From the human T2T-CHM13v2.0 reference genome, Homo sapiens, in NCBI RefSeq assembly GCF_009914755.1, contig NC_060934.1: DNA of 64,000 nucleotides. One strand, given 5' to 3'. This document shows, piece by piece, positions 39,300 to 50,889 of this stretch (the stretch's first letter is position 1; every line of letters begins with the position of its first letter). The notes under the pieces are model-generated. The model worked only from the letters and a program-made list of their open reading frames with translations. It did not search any database and was not told the DNA's origin. Position numbers and translations under genes: made by a program.

Positions 39300-40940
39300 C
39301 TAAGATCTTCTGTTTCTCCACATTGATATTCGAGATGTTCCTCTGGGCTGTCAGGGGTTGCTCCCTCAGGTCTTCAGGCATTGACTTGAGTGTGATGTAT
39401 TCAGAAGTTGATACCTGTAACGTTTACTGCTGAGGGGGTTGAAAGAAGAACTGTATAGGGCCCTTCCCAGCTTGGCTTAAAGAAGAAGAGAGAGAGATGA
39501 GTTTTCACTAATACGAAATTTCTTAGGTTAAGTAAAGGTGGTCCTATTTCTTGGGGTTGGGCTTTTTCTAGATGTATCAATTCCTATTGAAAGTGAGCTA
39601 GAGAGGGTAGATGCTTAACCAAGTTAGAGGTTTTCTGCCTGAAAACAACCTCTGAGCACATTGATAAGTTTTATCCTTTCCTAAGTGAAAAGCTTGGTGA
39701 AGGAATGTAAGGACTTTCCATTGACTGGAGGCTGGCAAATGGAGTTTGCCATCCTCTGACTGTAGCTATCCTGAGTTATGAGAAGTACACCCTTGAGAAG
39801 TGGCTCACTCTATTTCTGCAGGGGAATAATGAGGTTTAATTTTTCTTATGGAGCCTTCCTTGATTAGGATGGCTTGAAGTGTGTTAATCCCTTGAGGCTT
39901 CCTTGCCACCAACTTAGCTGCCTGATCAGCTAACCTATTTCCTTTGGCTACTTTATCTGTTTCCTTTTGATATTCCTTACAATGCATTCCTGCTATTTCT
40001 TGTGGAAGGAAAACTGAGGATAATAGCCTGCTAATTTCCTGGTAATATTTTATAGTAAATCCATTAGTGATAAGAGAATGTCTTTCCTTTTAAATGGCAG
40101 CATGAGCATGAAGAACTAAGAAAGCATACTTGGAGTTAGTATAAAAGTTAGCTACCTTTCCCTTGCTTAATTTGTGATCTTATAAGAACTTTTAGTGCAG
40201 CTAATTCAGTGCTTGTGTCTGGGGAGAGACATTTTTTAGACGTTATCCTGCCTTATGTATTGCTTGCTTTACTGGCTGTTTGTTTGCTAAGGATCCTCCG
40301 TCCACTCCTCACAGCCTGTTTACTACTCTAATGAGCAGAGCTTCATGTGCTTTTAGTAACGGCAGTGATGAAGATGACCTCCCTCCAGACCTGGCCGAGG
40401 CAGTGGGAGTGACCACATCTACAACCACAAACACCACAACGGCCGCCACTCAAGTCTCCATGCCACTGCCGTCCCCCAAGGTCCAGAATGTCAGCTCGCC
40501 TCACAAGTCAGAAGGCCAAGGCCTGCTGTCCCCTGGGGCCAAGGTATTGGGGGGTGGAAAGCTCTGGTGAGCAGCCACACTTGCTGGGAATGTGGGGTGT
40601 AAACAGGTAAATTATTTCCTAGGGTTAATTTGGAGGCTTTTCTGATGAGTAGAGCTACTGTGGCAGTGGTTTGGAAGCATGTATAAATAACAGGTCCTCC
40701 TAATTGCAACTAAGAGGCTGAGAAAAATATTGGATTGGAGTTTGTCCTGAGACGCCCCTTACAGTCGTATTATGGGAAGAGGGGAGGTCTAAATTAGAGA
40801 GGAGCAAAGAGAGACAGACAGGCACTAGTGTTCAGAACGAGGTCTACTTTCCTTCCTTCAATTTCCAGAATTACCCAGAGCTCCTGTGCTGTAATGACAC
40901 TTTAGCCACCGGAGCCAGGATTTGAGCCCCAAGACCTATC
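39300..40940 (-). pseudogene. ERV pro/pol remnants (protease, connection, RNase H, integrase ends; RT and IN core missing)
   Basis: Minus-strand translations such as VILEIEGRKVDL, ASKLTLGNNLPVYTPH, YTNSKYAFLVLHAHAA, GNRLADQAAK, PSWEGPYTVLLSTPSAV; stops and frameshifts present. Confidence 0.8.
40273..40589 (+). pseudogene. EPB41L4B: Unprocessed single-exon gene fragment (exon 40366-40543, alternative in-frame acceptor giving 40357-40543) with intron flanks, EPB41L4B-like
   Basis: Translates DEDDLPPDLAEAVGVTTSTTTNTTTAATQVSMPLPSPKVQNVSSPHKSEGQGLLSPGAK, bounded by ag acceptors (40356, 40365) and AAG|gtattg donor; matches my recollection of the EPB41L4B C-terminal region (not database-checked); non-viral, GC/CpG-rich. 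Confidence 0.8.
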
Positions 40941-40944
40941 AGTC

Positions 40945-42152
40945 CTGCTGGAATCATCGGTGAGACTGGTTCTGTACTCAGTGACCTCTGCCTTCGGGGG
41001 CAATTTGATATCCAGTGGCCTACACTTCAGGCTGGACCTGGTCAAGGTGGCTTCTTCTTGATGTTTGGGCACTCCTTCTTAAAATGCCCTGGCTCGCCAC
41101 ACTCATAGCAACTAACGGATGCACCTGGGGTATCCTGGACTTTGCAAACTTGCAAAGCGGCTATTAGAGCCTTTGTCATTCTCCTGAGCTTCCTCTCTAT
41201 CTTTTAGGCCTCCTCCTGGTCCCTATTATAAGAGACCAAAGTGGCCACCTCAAGGAGGTATTCCAAGATGCTATCTGGTCCTATAGCTTACTTCTGTAGT
41301 TTCCTTCTAATATCGGAAGTTGCCTGTGTAATAAACTTAAGCTTTAGAATGAGCTGTCCCTCAACTGAATCAGGGGATGAGGAGGTGTCCTCTTTTAGTG
41401 CCTCTCTCAGCCTTTCCACAAAGCCTGCAGGATTCTCATCTGGCTTTTGGTCTATCATGGACAGTTTAGAGTAATTAACAGATTTTGCCCTATTCTTTCA
41501 TAGGCCCTCTAAAATACATATTAAAAAGTGCTTTATTTTCCATTCATCTGTAGAGCTATTGGGATTCCAATTAGGGTTGTCAAGAGGAACAGCTTCCCTT
41601 CCTATTGGAAATGGTGTTTCTGCTATTTCTTCCCTTTCCCTATCTCTTTTCTTCCTTTCTGATATATTACAGGAGGTATATTGCTCATCTCCAAAATTAT
41701 CTGCTACCTGCAGAACTGCCTGCTGTGGTTAGAGTTTGGTTTAGGAGCAGCATAACATCCTTCCATATGAGGTGAAACACCTGAGTTAAATTCTGGAAAC
41801 CTTTTGCATACCTATTGGGGTCGTCAGAAAATTGGCCTAGTTCTTCCTTTATTTGCCTAAGGTCCTGTAATGAGAAGAAAACTTGAGGTGTCCCCAAATA
41901 AGGGGAATTATCAGATGGTTCCCCCAGAAACTGCCTTTGTAATTGGGGGATTATTTTCTATAGGCTTACCTGTTATGCCTGTTAAAAAAGCTAGGTCGAT
42001 CTTACGACACTTGCAAAGGTTAGTAAAAATGCCATGCCCTTGTGCGAAATAAAATGAGTCACATTTCTCTTTAAAGTACCGAGGTTAAACAAGTTCCAGT
42101 GTTTCAGAGTGCACTCCAGAGGGGTGCAAGCTGAAGATAGTCTGTTACCCAT
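40945..42152 (-). pseudogene. ERV gag remnant
   Basis: ATG at 42152 (MGNRLSSACTPLEC); SLQDLRQIKEELGQFSDDP; MHR-like QKPDENPAGFVERLREA; CCHC knuckle CYECGEPGHFKKEC at 41069-41110; disrupted. Confidence 0.85.
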
Positions 42153-42675
42153 CTAGAAAAAGAAGTGAAAATAAAAGCATCCTTTTAGTCCTTCTTTCTT
42201 TCATTGTGACCCAGGGTGGAGCGGGAGGAGAAGACAGTGGGAGCATCCCCCCAACTATTTTCTCTCCTCAGTTCCTAAGTCCCAGCACTGTGTTAAATAT
42301 TCCACCCAAGGTTGCAGGCGTAGCCTTCCAAGCCATGGAACCAGATGAACTAAGTGATTGGATTAACTATGCTTTACCCACAGAACCTCAGCTTATCTGC
42401 CTGTTGTGATCCCCTTTGACTTCCTAAACTTGTGTGATCTGCCTGGCTCCCTGAAAAATGGATCTCCAGAGAGTCTATGTCATCTTTGGTCAAGGCTCCT
42501 TTAATGGAGGGAATGTTCTATATTGCCTGCTACTACAGCCTGTGCTAAAACATTTACCCTTAGCAAAATGGTTCCAGTTAACTTCTGAACTTAAAAACTT
42601 CTTACTAATTAACTACTGTTCCAACTGGAGACAGAAATGAATGTGGGGACCTAATGACAATTTTCCTGCTGATGG

Positions 42676-43355
42676 TGAGAGGTGAAGCCAGCTGGGCTTC
42701 TGGGTCAGGTGGGGACTTGCAGAACTTTTGTGTCTAGCTAAAGGATTGTAAATGCACCAATCAGCGCTCTGTGTCTAGCTAAAGGATGGTAAACGCACCA
42801 ATCAGCACTCTGTAAATGGACCAATCAGCACTCTGTAAAGTGGACCAATCAGCTCTCCGTAAAATGGAGCTGATTGTGGGTGGGGCCAAATAAGCGAATA
42901 AAAGCTGGCCACCCGAGCCAGCAGTGGCAAACCGCTAGGGTCCCCTTCCACACTGTGGAAGCTTTGTTCTTTTGCTCTTCCCAATAAATCTTGCTGCTGC
43001 TCACTCTTTGGGTCCACACTACCTTCATGAGCTGTAACACTCACTGCGAGGGTCTGTGGCTTCAATCCTGAAGTGAGCAAGAGCATAAACCCACCGGGAG
43101 GAACAAACAACTCCAGATGTACCAACTTTTAAGATCTGTAACGCTCACTGCGAAGATATGTGGCTTCACTCCTGGAGTCAGCAAGACCACAAACCCACCA
43201 GAAAAAAGAAACTCTGGACACATCTGAACATCTGAAGGAACAAACTCCAGCCACACCATCTTTAAGAGCTGTAACACTCACTGTAAGGGTCAATGGCTTC
43301 ATTCTTGAAGTCAGTGAGACCAAGAACCCACTGGAAGGAATAAATTCCATACACA
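42676..43355 (+). mobile_element. Solo LTR12 nested in the ERV leader (opposite orientation)
   Basis: tgagaggtgaagccagctgggcttctgggtc...ccaatcagc repeats...gaccaagaacccactggaaggaataaattccatacaca; near-TSD atgg/atga. Confidence 0.94.
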
Positions 43356-43992
43356 ATGAGACAGTATCAGATCTAAAATCTGGTCATGGAGGACATTTTA
43401 CTCCTAATTGTTGATGGCAGAGCTTTCCTGTTCACAGAAGGATCTTTTCCAGCAGCACGAAAAAAGAGGATTAGAGAACTGCAGTGTTACCAGACTGACA
43501 ATGTGCCTCATGAAGAGGATTTCTATTTCCACTAGATGGTTATGTTGGCTTAGAAATACCATGTACTCACCAGAGAGAGGATAGAGAGAGATGCTTATTG
43601 GGTTACTGCCTGTGGCGATTGCCTATCTTTCCTAAAAGAACTGTTTGCCTCAACTGTAAAAATTTTTGCACATTGCACACACACAGAGAATAAGAGACAA
43701 GTGACCACAGAGAGAAAAGGAAGAAAAATTTTGTGACAGGATAGCTGGAGATCCATTACCAACACCCAGATGGCTGACGGAGGCTGGGTTCAGTCCAGAC
43801 TCCTTTGAAAAACACCAGGGTGTGCCCTGGCCAGAAATTCTCATTTGCTGGAGGACTTCTCACAGCCTAACACAATGGCTAGGAATTCCATGAAAGGAAA
43901 CTGGTTTGAATAAAGCCTTGAGATTAAAGGACAAATTTGAAGTTCACTCCATACTCACCACTCTGATGTTTCTACCTTCCATTCTGATTCTG

Positions 43993-44010
43993 ATCCCAAA
44001 CGAGCCCCCA
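43993..44010 (-). other. Retroviral primer-binding site, tRNA-Pro type
   Basis: TGGGGGCTCGTTTGGGAT versus canonical TGGGGGCTCGTCCGGGAT, 3 nt after the LTR end ...gtttca. Confidence 0.85.
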
Positions 44011-44434
44011 AAATGAAACGGCTCTGTTGTCTGGTGTATATACCCTGGTCCTTGGTCATGCTGGAGAAAGAATTCAGAATACATGTTTTTCAAACTCAAC
44101 TAATAACATGTTTAAAACATGATCCTTTTATTGTAAGTTGTAATTCAATAAAGTTGATTAAGAATATCCAGCTTTAGGTATCTTTATATGTTTGTGACGT
44201 AAAAATATACACAATTTTTTGAAAGTTTCTGTTGAGATCTGTTAGAAACATGAAAATAAATAATGTCTTACAAGTTTAATCAATCTTCATTGCTTACTGT
44301 AAAACTTTCACAATTAACTCAAATTAAATATTGCTTAATAAAAAAATTCCTGTTTTTATGTAACATTGTTTCCAATCCTAATAATTCATTTTTACATTAT
44401 TTAAATCTTTATCTAAATAGTTCTGCTTTGTATT

Positions 44435-47400
44435 TTCATTATTTTTCTAACTTTTATTTTAAGTTCATGGGTACATGTGCAGGTTTGTTACATAGATAGT
44501 TAAACTTGTGTCATGGGGGTTCATTGTACAGATTATTTTGCCACTCAGGTATTAAGCCTAGAACCCATTAGTTATTTTTCCTGATCCTCTCCCTCCTTTT
44601 ACCCTCTACCCTGCAATAAGCCCCAGTGTGTGTTGTTTCTCTCTATGTGTCCATGTGTTTTCATCATTTAGCTCCTACTTATAGGTGAGAACATGGGGTA
44701 TTTGGTTTTCTGTTCCTACATTAGTGTTCTAAGGATAATGGCCTCCAGTTCCGTCCATATTCTTTCAAAGGTCATGATATAATCGGTGGCCATTTAGATT
44801 GATTTCATGTCTTTGCTATTCTGAATAGTGCTGTAATGAACGTGTGCATACATGTGGCTTTATAATAGAACAATTTATATTCCTCTGGGTATATACCCAG
44901 TAATGGGATTGCTGGGTCAAACGGTAGTTCTGTTTTCAGCTCTTTGAGGAATTGCCACACTGTCTTCCACATGGTTGAACTAATTTACCCTCTCACCAAC
45001 AGTGTATAAGCATTCCTTTTTCTCTGCAATCTCACCAACATCTGTTATTTTTTGACTTTTTAGTAATAGCCATTCTGACTGGTATGAAATGGTATCTCAT
45101 TGTGGTTTTGATTTGCATTTGTCTAATGATCAGTGATGCTGAGCTTTTCTTCACATGATTGTTGGCCGTATATATGTCTTCTTTTGAAAAGTGCCTGTTT
45201 ATGCCCTTTGCACACTTTTTAATGTGGTTGTTTCATTTTTTTCTTGTCAACCTGTTTAAGTTCCTTATAAATGCTGTGTATTAGACCTTTGTCAGATACG
45301 TAGTTGCAAAAATTTTCTCTCATTTTGTGGGCTGTCTGTTTACTCCATTGATAGTATCCTTTGCTGTGCAGAAGCTCTTTACTTTAAATAGAAATATTTA
45401 TATATCCTAGTGCTTATCATTTGTCAATTTTTGCTTTTGTAGCAATTGCTTTTGGCAGCTTCATCATGAAATCTTTGCCTTTTCCTGGGTCCATAATGGT
45501 ATTGCCTAGGTCTTTCAGGGTTTTTTAGAGCTTTATGTTTTACATTCAAGTCTTTAATCCATCTTGAGTTCATTTTTATGTATGGTGTAAGGAAAAGGTC
45601 CAGTTTCAGTTTTCTACATATGGCTAGCCAGTTATCCCAGCATCATTTATTTAATAGGGAATCCTTTTCCAATTGTTTGTTTTTGTCAAGTTTGTCGAAG
45701 ATCAGATAGTTGTAGGCATGCAATCTTATTTCTGTATTCTCTATTCTGTTCCATTGGGCTGTGTGTCTGTTTTTAAACCAGTACCATTTTGTTTGGTTAC
45801 TATAGTCCTGCAGTATAGTTTGAAGTTGGGTAGCATGATGCTCCATCTTTATTGTTTTTGCTTAAGATTGCCTTTGTTATTATGGCTCTTTTTTGGGTGC
45901 ATTTGAATTTTAAAATATATTTTTCTAGTTCTGTGAAGAATGGCAATAGTAGTTTCATAGGAATAGCATTAAATCTATGTATTGCTTTGGGTAGTATGGC
46001 CATTTTCACAATTGATTCTTCCTATCCATGAGCCTGGAATGTTGTTCCATTTGTGTCATCACTGATTTCTTTGAGCAGTGTTTTATAGTTCTCCTTGTGG
46101 AGATCTTTTACCTCCCTGGTTAGCTTTATTCCTAGGTATTTTATTCCTAGGTATTTTTGTGGCAATGGTGAATGGGATTGCATTCCTGATTTGGCTCTAG
46201 CTTGACTGTTGTTGGTGTATAGGAATGTTAGTGAGTTTTGCATATTGACTTTGTGTCCTGAGACTTTGCTGAAGCTGTTTATCAGCTTATCAAGCTTTTG
46301 GGCTCAGAATATGCGGTTTTCTAGATATAGAATAATGTAATCTGCAAGCAGGCATAGTTTTACTTTCTCATTTTCTATTCGAATACGTTTTATTTCATTC
46401 ATTTGCCCAACTGCCCTGGCCAAAACTTCCAATATTATGTTAAAAAGGAGAGACCACCATTGTCTTGTGCCAGTCTTTAGGGGGAATGCTTCCAGATTTT
46501 GCCTATTCAGTGTGAGGTTGGCTGTGAGTTTGTCAATAGAAGACACTTATTATATCAAAGTATGTTCCTTCAATACCTGGTTTATTGAGAGTTTTTAACA
46601 TGAAGGAGTTTTGAATTTTACTGAAAGCCTTTAATGCATCTATTGAAATAATCATGTGTTTTTGTCCTCAGTTTGATTGGGATGAATTACATTTATTGAT
46701 TTGCATATGTTGAACCAGCCTTGAATCCCGGGAATGAAGCCAACTTGATTGTGGTGGATAAGCTTTTTGACGTGCTGCTGGATTCAGTTTGTCAATATTT
46801 GTTAAGGATTTTTGAACTGATATTCATCAAGGATACAGGCTTAAGTTTTTTGTTGTTGTTGTTTTTGTGTTTCTGCCAGATTTTGATATCAAGAAGATGC
46901 TGGCCTCACAGAATGAGTCAGGGTAGAATCCCTCCTCCTCAATTTTTTAAAATAGTTTCAGCAGAAATGGTACCAGATTTTATTTGTGCATCTGGTACAA
47001 TTCAGCTGTGAATCCACTGTATCCTGGGCCTTTTTTGGTTGGTAGGCTATTCATTACTGCCTCAATTTCAGAACTTGTTATTGGTCTGTACAGGGGTTCA
47101 ATTTCTTCCTGGTTCGATCTTGAGAGGGTGTATGTGTCCAGGAATTTATCCATTTCTTCTAGAATTTATATTTTATGTGCATAGAGGTGTTTATAATATA
47201 CTCTGATTATTATTTGTATTTCGGTGGGGTCAGTGGTAATACCCTACTTGTCATTTCTGATTGTGTTTATTGAGTCTTCTCTCCTGTATTAGTCTAGCTA
47301 GCAGTCTATTTTATTTTTTCAGAGAAACAGCTCCTGGATTTGTTGATCTTTTGATTCTTTATTTAGTGACTCAATCTCCTTCAGTTCAGCTCTGATTTTG

Positions 47401-50400
47401 GCTATTTCTTGTCTTCTCCTATCGTTGGGATTTATTTTTTCTTGGTTGTCTAGTTCTCTTAGTTGTGAAGTTAGGTTGTTAACTTGAGACCTTTCTAACT
47501 TGTTAATGTGGGCATTTAGTGCTACAAATTTCCCTGTTAACACTGCATTAGCTGTGTCCCAGAGATTCCAGCGTGTTGTATCTTTGTTCTCATTAGTTTC
47601 AAAGAACTACTTGATTCTTGCCTTAATTTCATTATTTACCTAAATGTCATTCTGGAGGTTACTTGATTTCCATGTAATTGTATGGTTTTGAGTAAATTTC
47701 TTAGTCTTGATTTCTAATTTGATTATGCTGTGGTCAGAGGGATTGTTTATTATGATTTCAGTTTTTTTGCATTTGCTGAGGAGTGTTTTATTTCTGATTA
47801 TGTTATCAATTTTAGAGTACATGTCACGTGGCAATAAGAATAATGTATACTCTGTTGTTTTTTGGTGGAGAGTTCTGTAGATATCTCTAAGGGCCGTTTG
47901 ATCTTGTGCTGAATTAATGTCCTGTAAATCTTTGTTAATTTTCTTTCATGATGATCTGTTTAATATTGTCAGTGGGGTGTTAAAGTTTCCAACTATTACT
48001 GTGTGGGAGTCTAAGTCTCTTTGAAGTTTTCTAAGAACTTGTTTTATGAATCTGGGTTGCTCTTGTGTTGGGTGCATATATATTTAGGATAGTTAGATCT
48101 TCTTGTTGAATTGAACCATTTACATTTATATAATACCCCTTTTTGTCTTTTTTGGTATTTGTTGGTTTAAGTCTGTTGTGTCTGAACTTAGGATTGCAAA
48201 CCCTGCTTTTTTTGTGTGTGTTTTCCATTTGCTTGGTAAATTATCTCCATTCCATTATTTTGAGACTGTGTGTGTCATTGCATGTGAGATGGGTCTCTTG
48301 AAGATGGCATACCATTGGGTTTTGGTTCTTTATCCAGCTTTCCACTCTGTGCCTTTTAATTTGGGCATTTATCCCATTTACATTTAAAGTTAGTATTGAC
48401 GTGTGGATGTGATTCTGTTATTATGATGTTTCGCAGGCTTGCTTATGTGGTTGCTTTATAGTGTCCCTGTTCTGTGTACTTCAGTGTGTTTTTGTCATGG
48501 CTGGTAATGTTTTTTGCTTTCCATATTTCATGCTTCCTTCAGGAGCTCTTGCAAGGCAGGCCTGGTGGTAACAAATTTCCCCAGCTTTTGCTTGTCTGTA
48601 AAGAATCTTATTTATCCTTTGCTTATAAAGCTTTGGCCAGATAAGAAATTTTGGGTTGGAAATTATCTTCTTTGAGAAGGTTGAATATTGGCCCCCAATC
48701 TCTTCTAGTCTGTAGGGTTTCTGTTGAGAGGTCTGCTGTTAGTCTAATTGTCTTCCCTTTGAACATAATCTAACCTCTCTCTCTAGCTGCCTTTAACATT
48801 TTTTCCTTCATTTCGACCTTGGATAATCTGATGATTATGTGTCTTGGGATGACATTCTCATCAAGTATCTTACTGGGGTTCTCTTCATTTCATGAATTTG
48901 AATATTGGTCCCTCTATCTAGGTTGGGGAAGTTCTCATGGATGATATCTTAGAATATAGTTTCCATATTAGTTCAATCATCCCATCTCTTTTAGGGACAT
49001 AAATGAGTCATAGATTTGGCCTCTGCATAATTCCATATTTTTTAGAGCTTTGGTTCATTCCTTTGCATTATTTTATTTGACTCTTGTATTTCAGAAAGCC
49101 AGTCTTCAAGCTCTAGGTTCCTTCCTCCATTTGGTCTATTCTGCTATTAATACTTGTGATTGCATTATGAAATACTTGTAATGTGTTTTTCTATTAAGTC
49201 AGTTACATTCTTTTCTATAGTGGTTATTTTGTGTGTCAGTTCCTGCATTTTTTATCATAATATTTAGCTTTCTTGGATTGAGCTTCAACATCCTCCTGTG
49301 GCTCAATTATCTTCTTTCCTATCCATATTCTGAATTCTATTTCTGTCATTTCAGTCATCTCATATCTGTTCAGAACCCTTGCTGGAGAATTGATGCAGTC
49401 ATTTGGAGAAAAAAAGGCACTCTGGCTTTTTGAGTTTTCAGGGTCCTTGTGCTGATTCTTTCTCACCTTTGTGGGATTATCTGCCTTCAAGCTTTGAGGT
49501 TTCTGACCTTCGGATTGTTTTGATTCCCCTTTTGTCCTATTAACTTTGAGGGTTTGGTCATGGTATAAGGTGCATTCAGCCATCTGGCTTTGTTTTTGGA
49601 AGATTTTAGGGGGACAATTCTCAGTTTCCAAATCCTGGACTGCATGCTCTAACTCTTGGGGACTTGGATTGGGCACCACTTTTGTTCTCTGTCTCCTCAA
49701 GTTTAGGACTCTACTGCACTGGAGGGACTGAAATGCATCAGGAGAGTGCTAGCAGAGCCTGGGTGCCTGCTCCTTCCAGCATTCACCACAGTGGTGGAAG
49801 CCTTATAGCTTGGGAGGGTGGTCTGCTGGTGACTGTGCATGTGATCACACTGGAGGTGGTATTGGCTCTGGAGCAAAGTGCTGGCAGGTGCAGGTCTGTG
49901 TACCTTCTCTTTGTTCTGCAAGCAGGAGTGGTCACTCAGTGTGGGGGAGGATCTGCTGTTCTCTGCACAGTGTTAGCACAAGGGCAAGTTGCCTGCAGGG
50001 GAAGGGCTGGTTGACTCTGTGTCTGCCAAGGCTCTATATGCAATGGTGGTTAGTGGGGAGAGAGAACGGGACTGTACTCCTGCATGCTGGTGAGGAAATC
50101 AAAACCCACCTATGTAGACAGATGCCAGCAAAGTGATGTGAGGAGTTGCTATGGGCCTGGAATAAGCAGCAGTATGGGGAAAAGTTGCCAGGCTGGTACA
50201 CAGCCAAAGGGGCCAGCTCGCTGGAGCTCTCTGCTGGTTGGGCAAGGTCTGCCAGCCAGAAGCTATGGTGCAGGCCCTCAGGGCACCCAACACTGCCCTA
50301 CAAGCAGGCATGGCCAGGCTGGGGTCCCAGGAGAGACCAGGACACCAAGGCCTACTCAGGTCAAACTACTCCCATCTGATGGGCAAAACTACCCTGCAGA

Positions 50401-50889
50401 GATCAGGTCCAACAGTTCCCTTGGGCTAAAGTGTCTTGTGGGAGCAAGTTGAGTTGAAGGGGATGTGTGACCCTGGCCATGCTCCACTACAGAAGCTCCT
50501 GCACCAGACCCTCTTGGCTCTACATGAGCTGGCTTGTTGCCCCTACCACTTCTCTAAGCAGCTCTCCCTGCCAACTCAAGTGTCCATAGTGATCAAGGGG
50601 TCTCCTCTTGGTGGTGTTTCAGAGGCCTCAGGAAAGAGCAAGTTGCTCCTTCCCAGTTCAACTCACCCTTTCCTCCAGAGCTGAACCAGGAGCAGGTCCC
50701 AGTGTGCAGTAGCCCTGTGCAGGGCTCCCAGCTTCCTCCCCCTTCAGCCCAGCCTCTGTGTCTTCTCTCCATCCACTTTTAGTGCCTTCTCTCTGAAGAT
50801 CTGTCAGGAGCATGCAAGTCGTCTCATTCCCTCAGTGTGAGCTGTTCCACCTGGCTGCATCTAGTCAGCCATCCTGCCCCCACCTTGGC
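44435..50889 (-). mobile_element. Near full-length old primate L1 (L1PA13/L1PREC2-like), ORFs disrupted
   Basis: 3' UTR at 44.4-44.7 kb; ORF2 fragments (ORF track 45643-48228); ORF1 N-terminus (RKNQHKDPENSKSQSA); GC-richer 5' UTR ending ...gcatctagtcagccatcctgcccc; degenerate TSD ttct(g/a)cttt. Confidence 0.92.

Larger units (their letters stand above)
37823..44077 (-). mobile_element. Defective class I endogenous retrovirus (HUERS-P3/LTR9-like) with both LTRs clipped
   Basis: On minus: U5 remnant 44077-44014, tRNA-Pro PBS, leader, gag, pro, partial pol, env tail, PPT-like gagggtgaaaa, U3 start taatacaggagttactaagaaataatt (37885-37823). Confidence 0.85.

Noticed and set aside
40280-40570. 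96-aa ORF as a stand-alone gene or processed pseudogene
   Set aside because: TTG start lies in intron-like flank; single exon with splice sites retained, no poly(A) or TSD
49546-50684. Cluster of ORFs on both strands
   Set aside because: GC-richer L1 5' UTR
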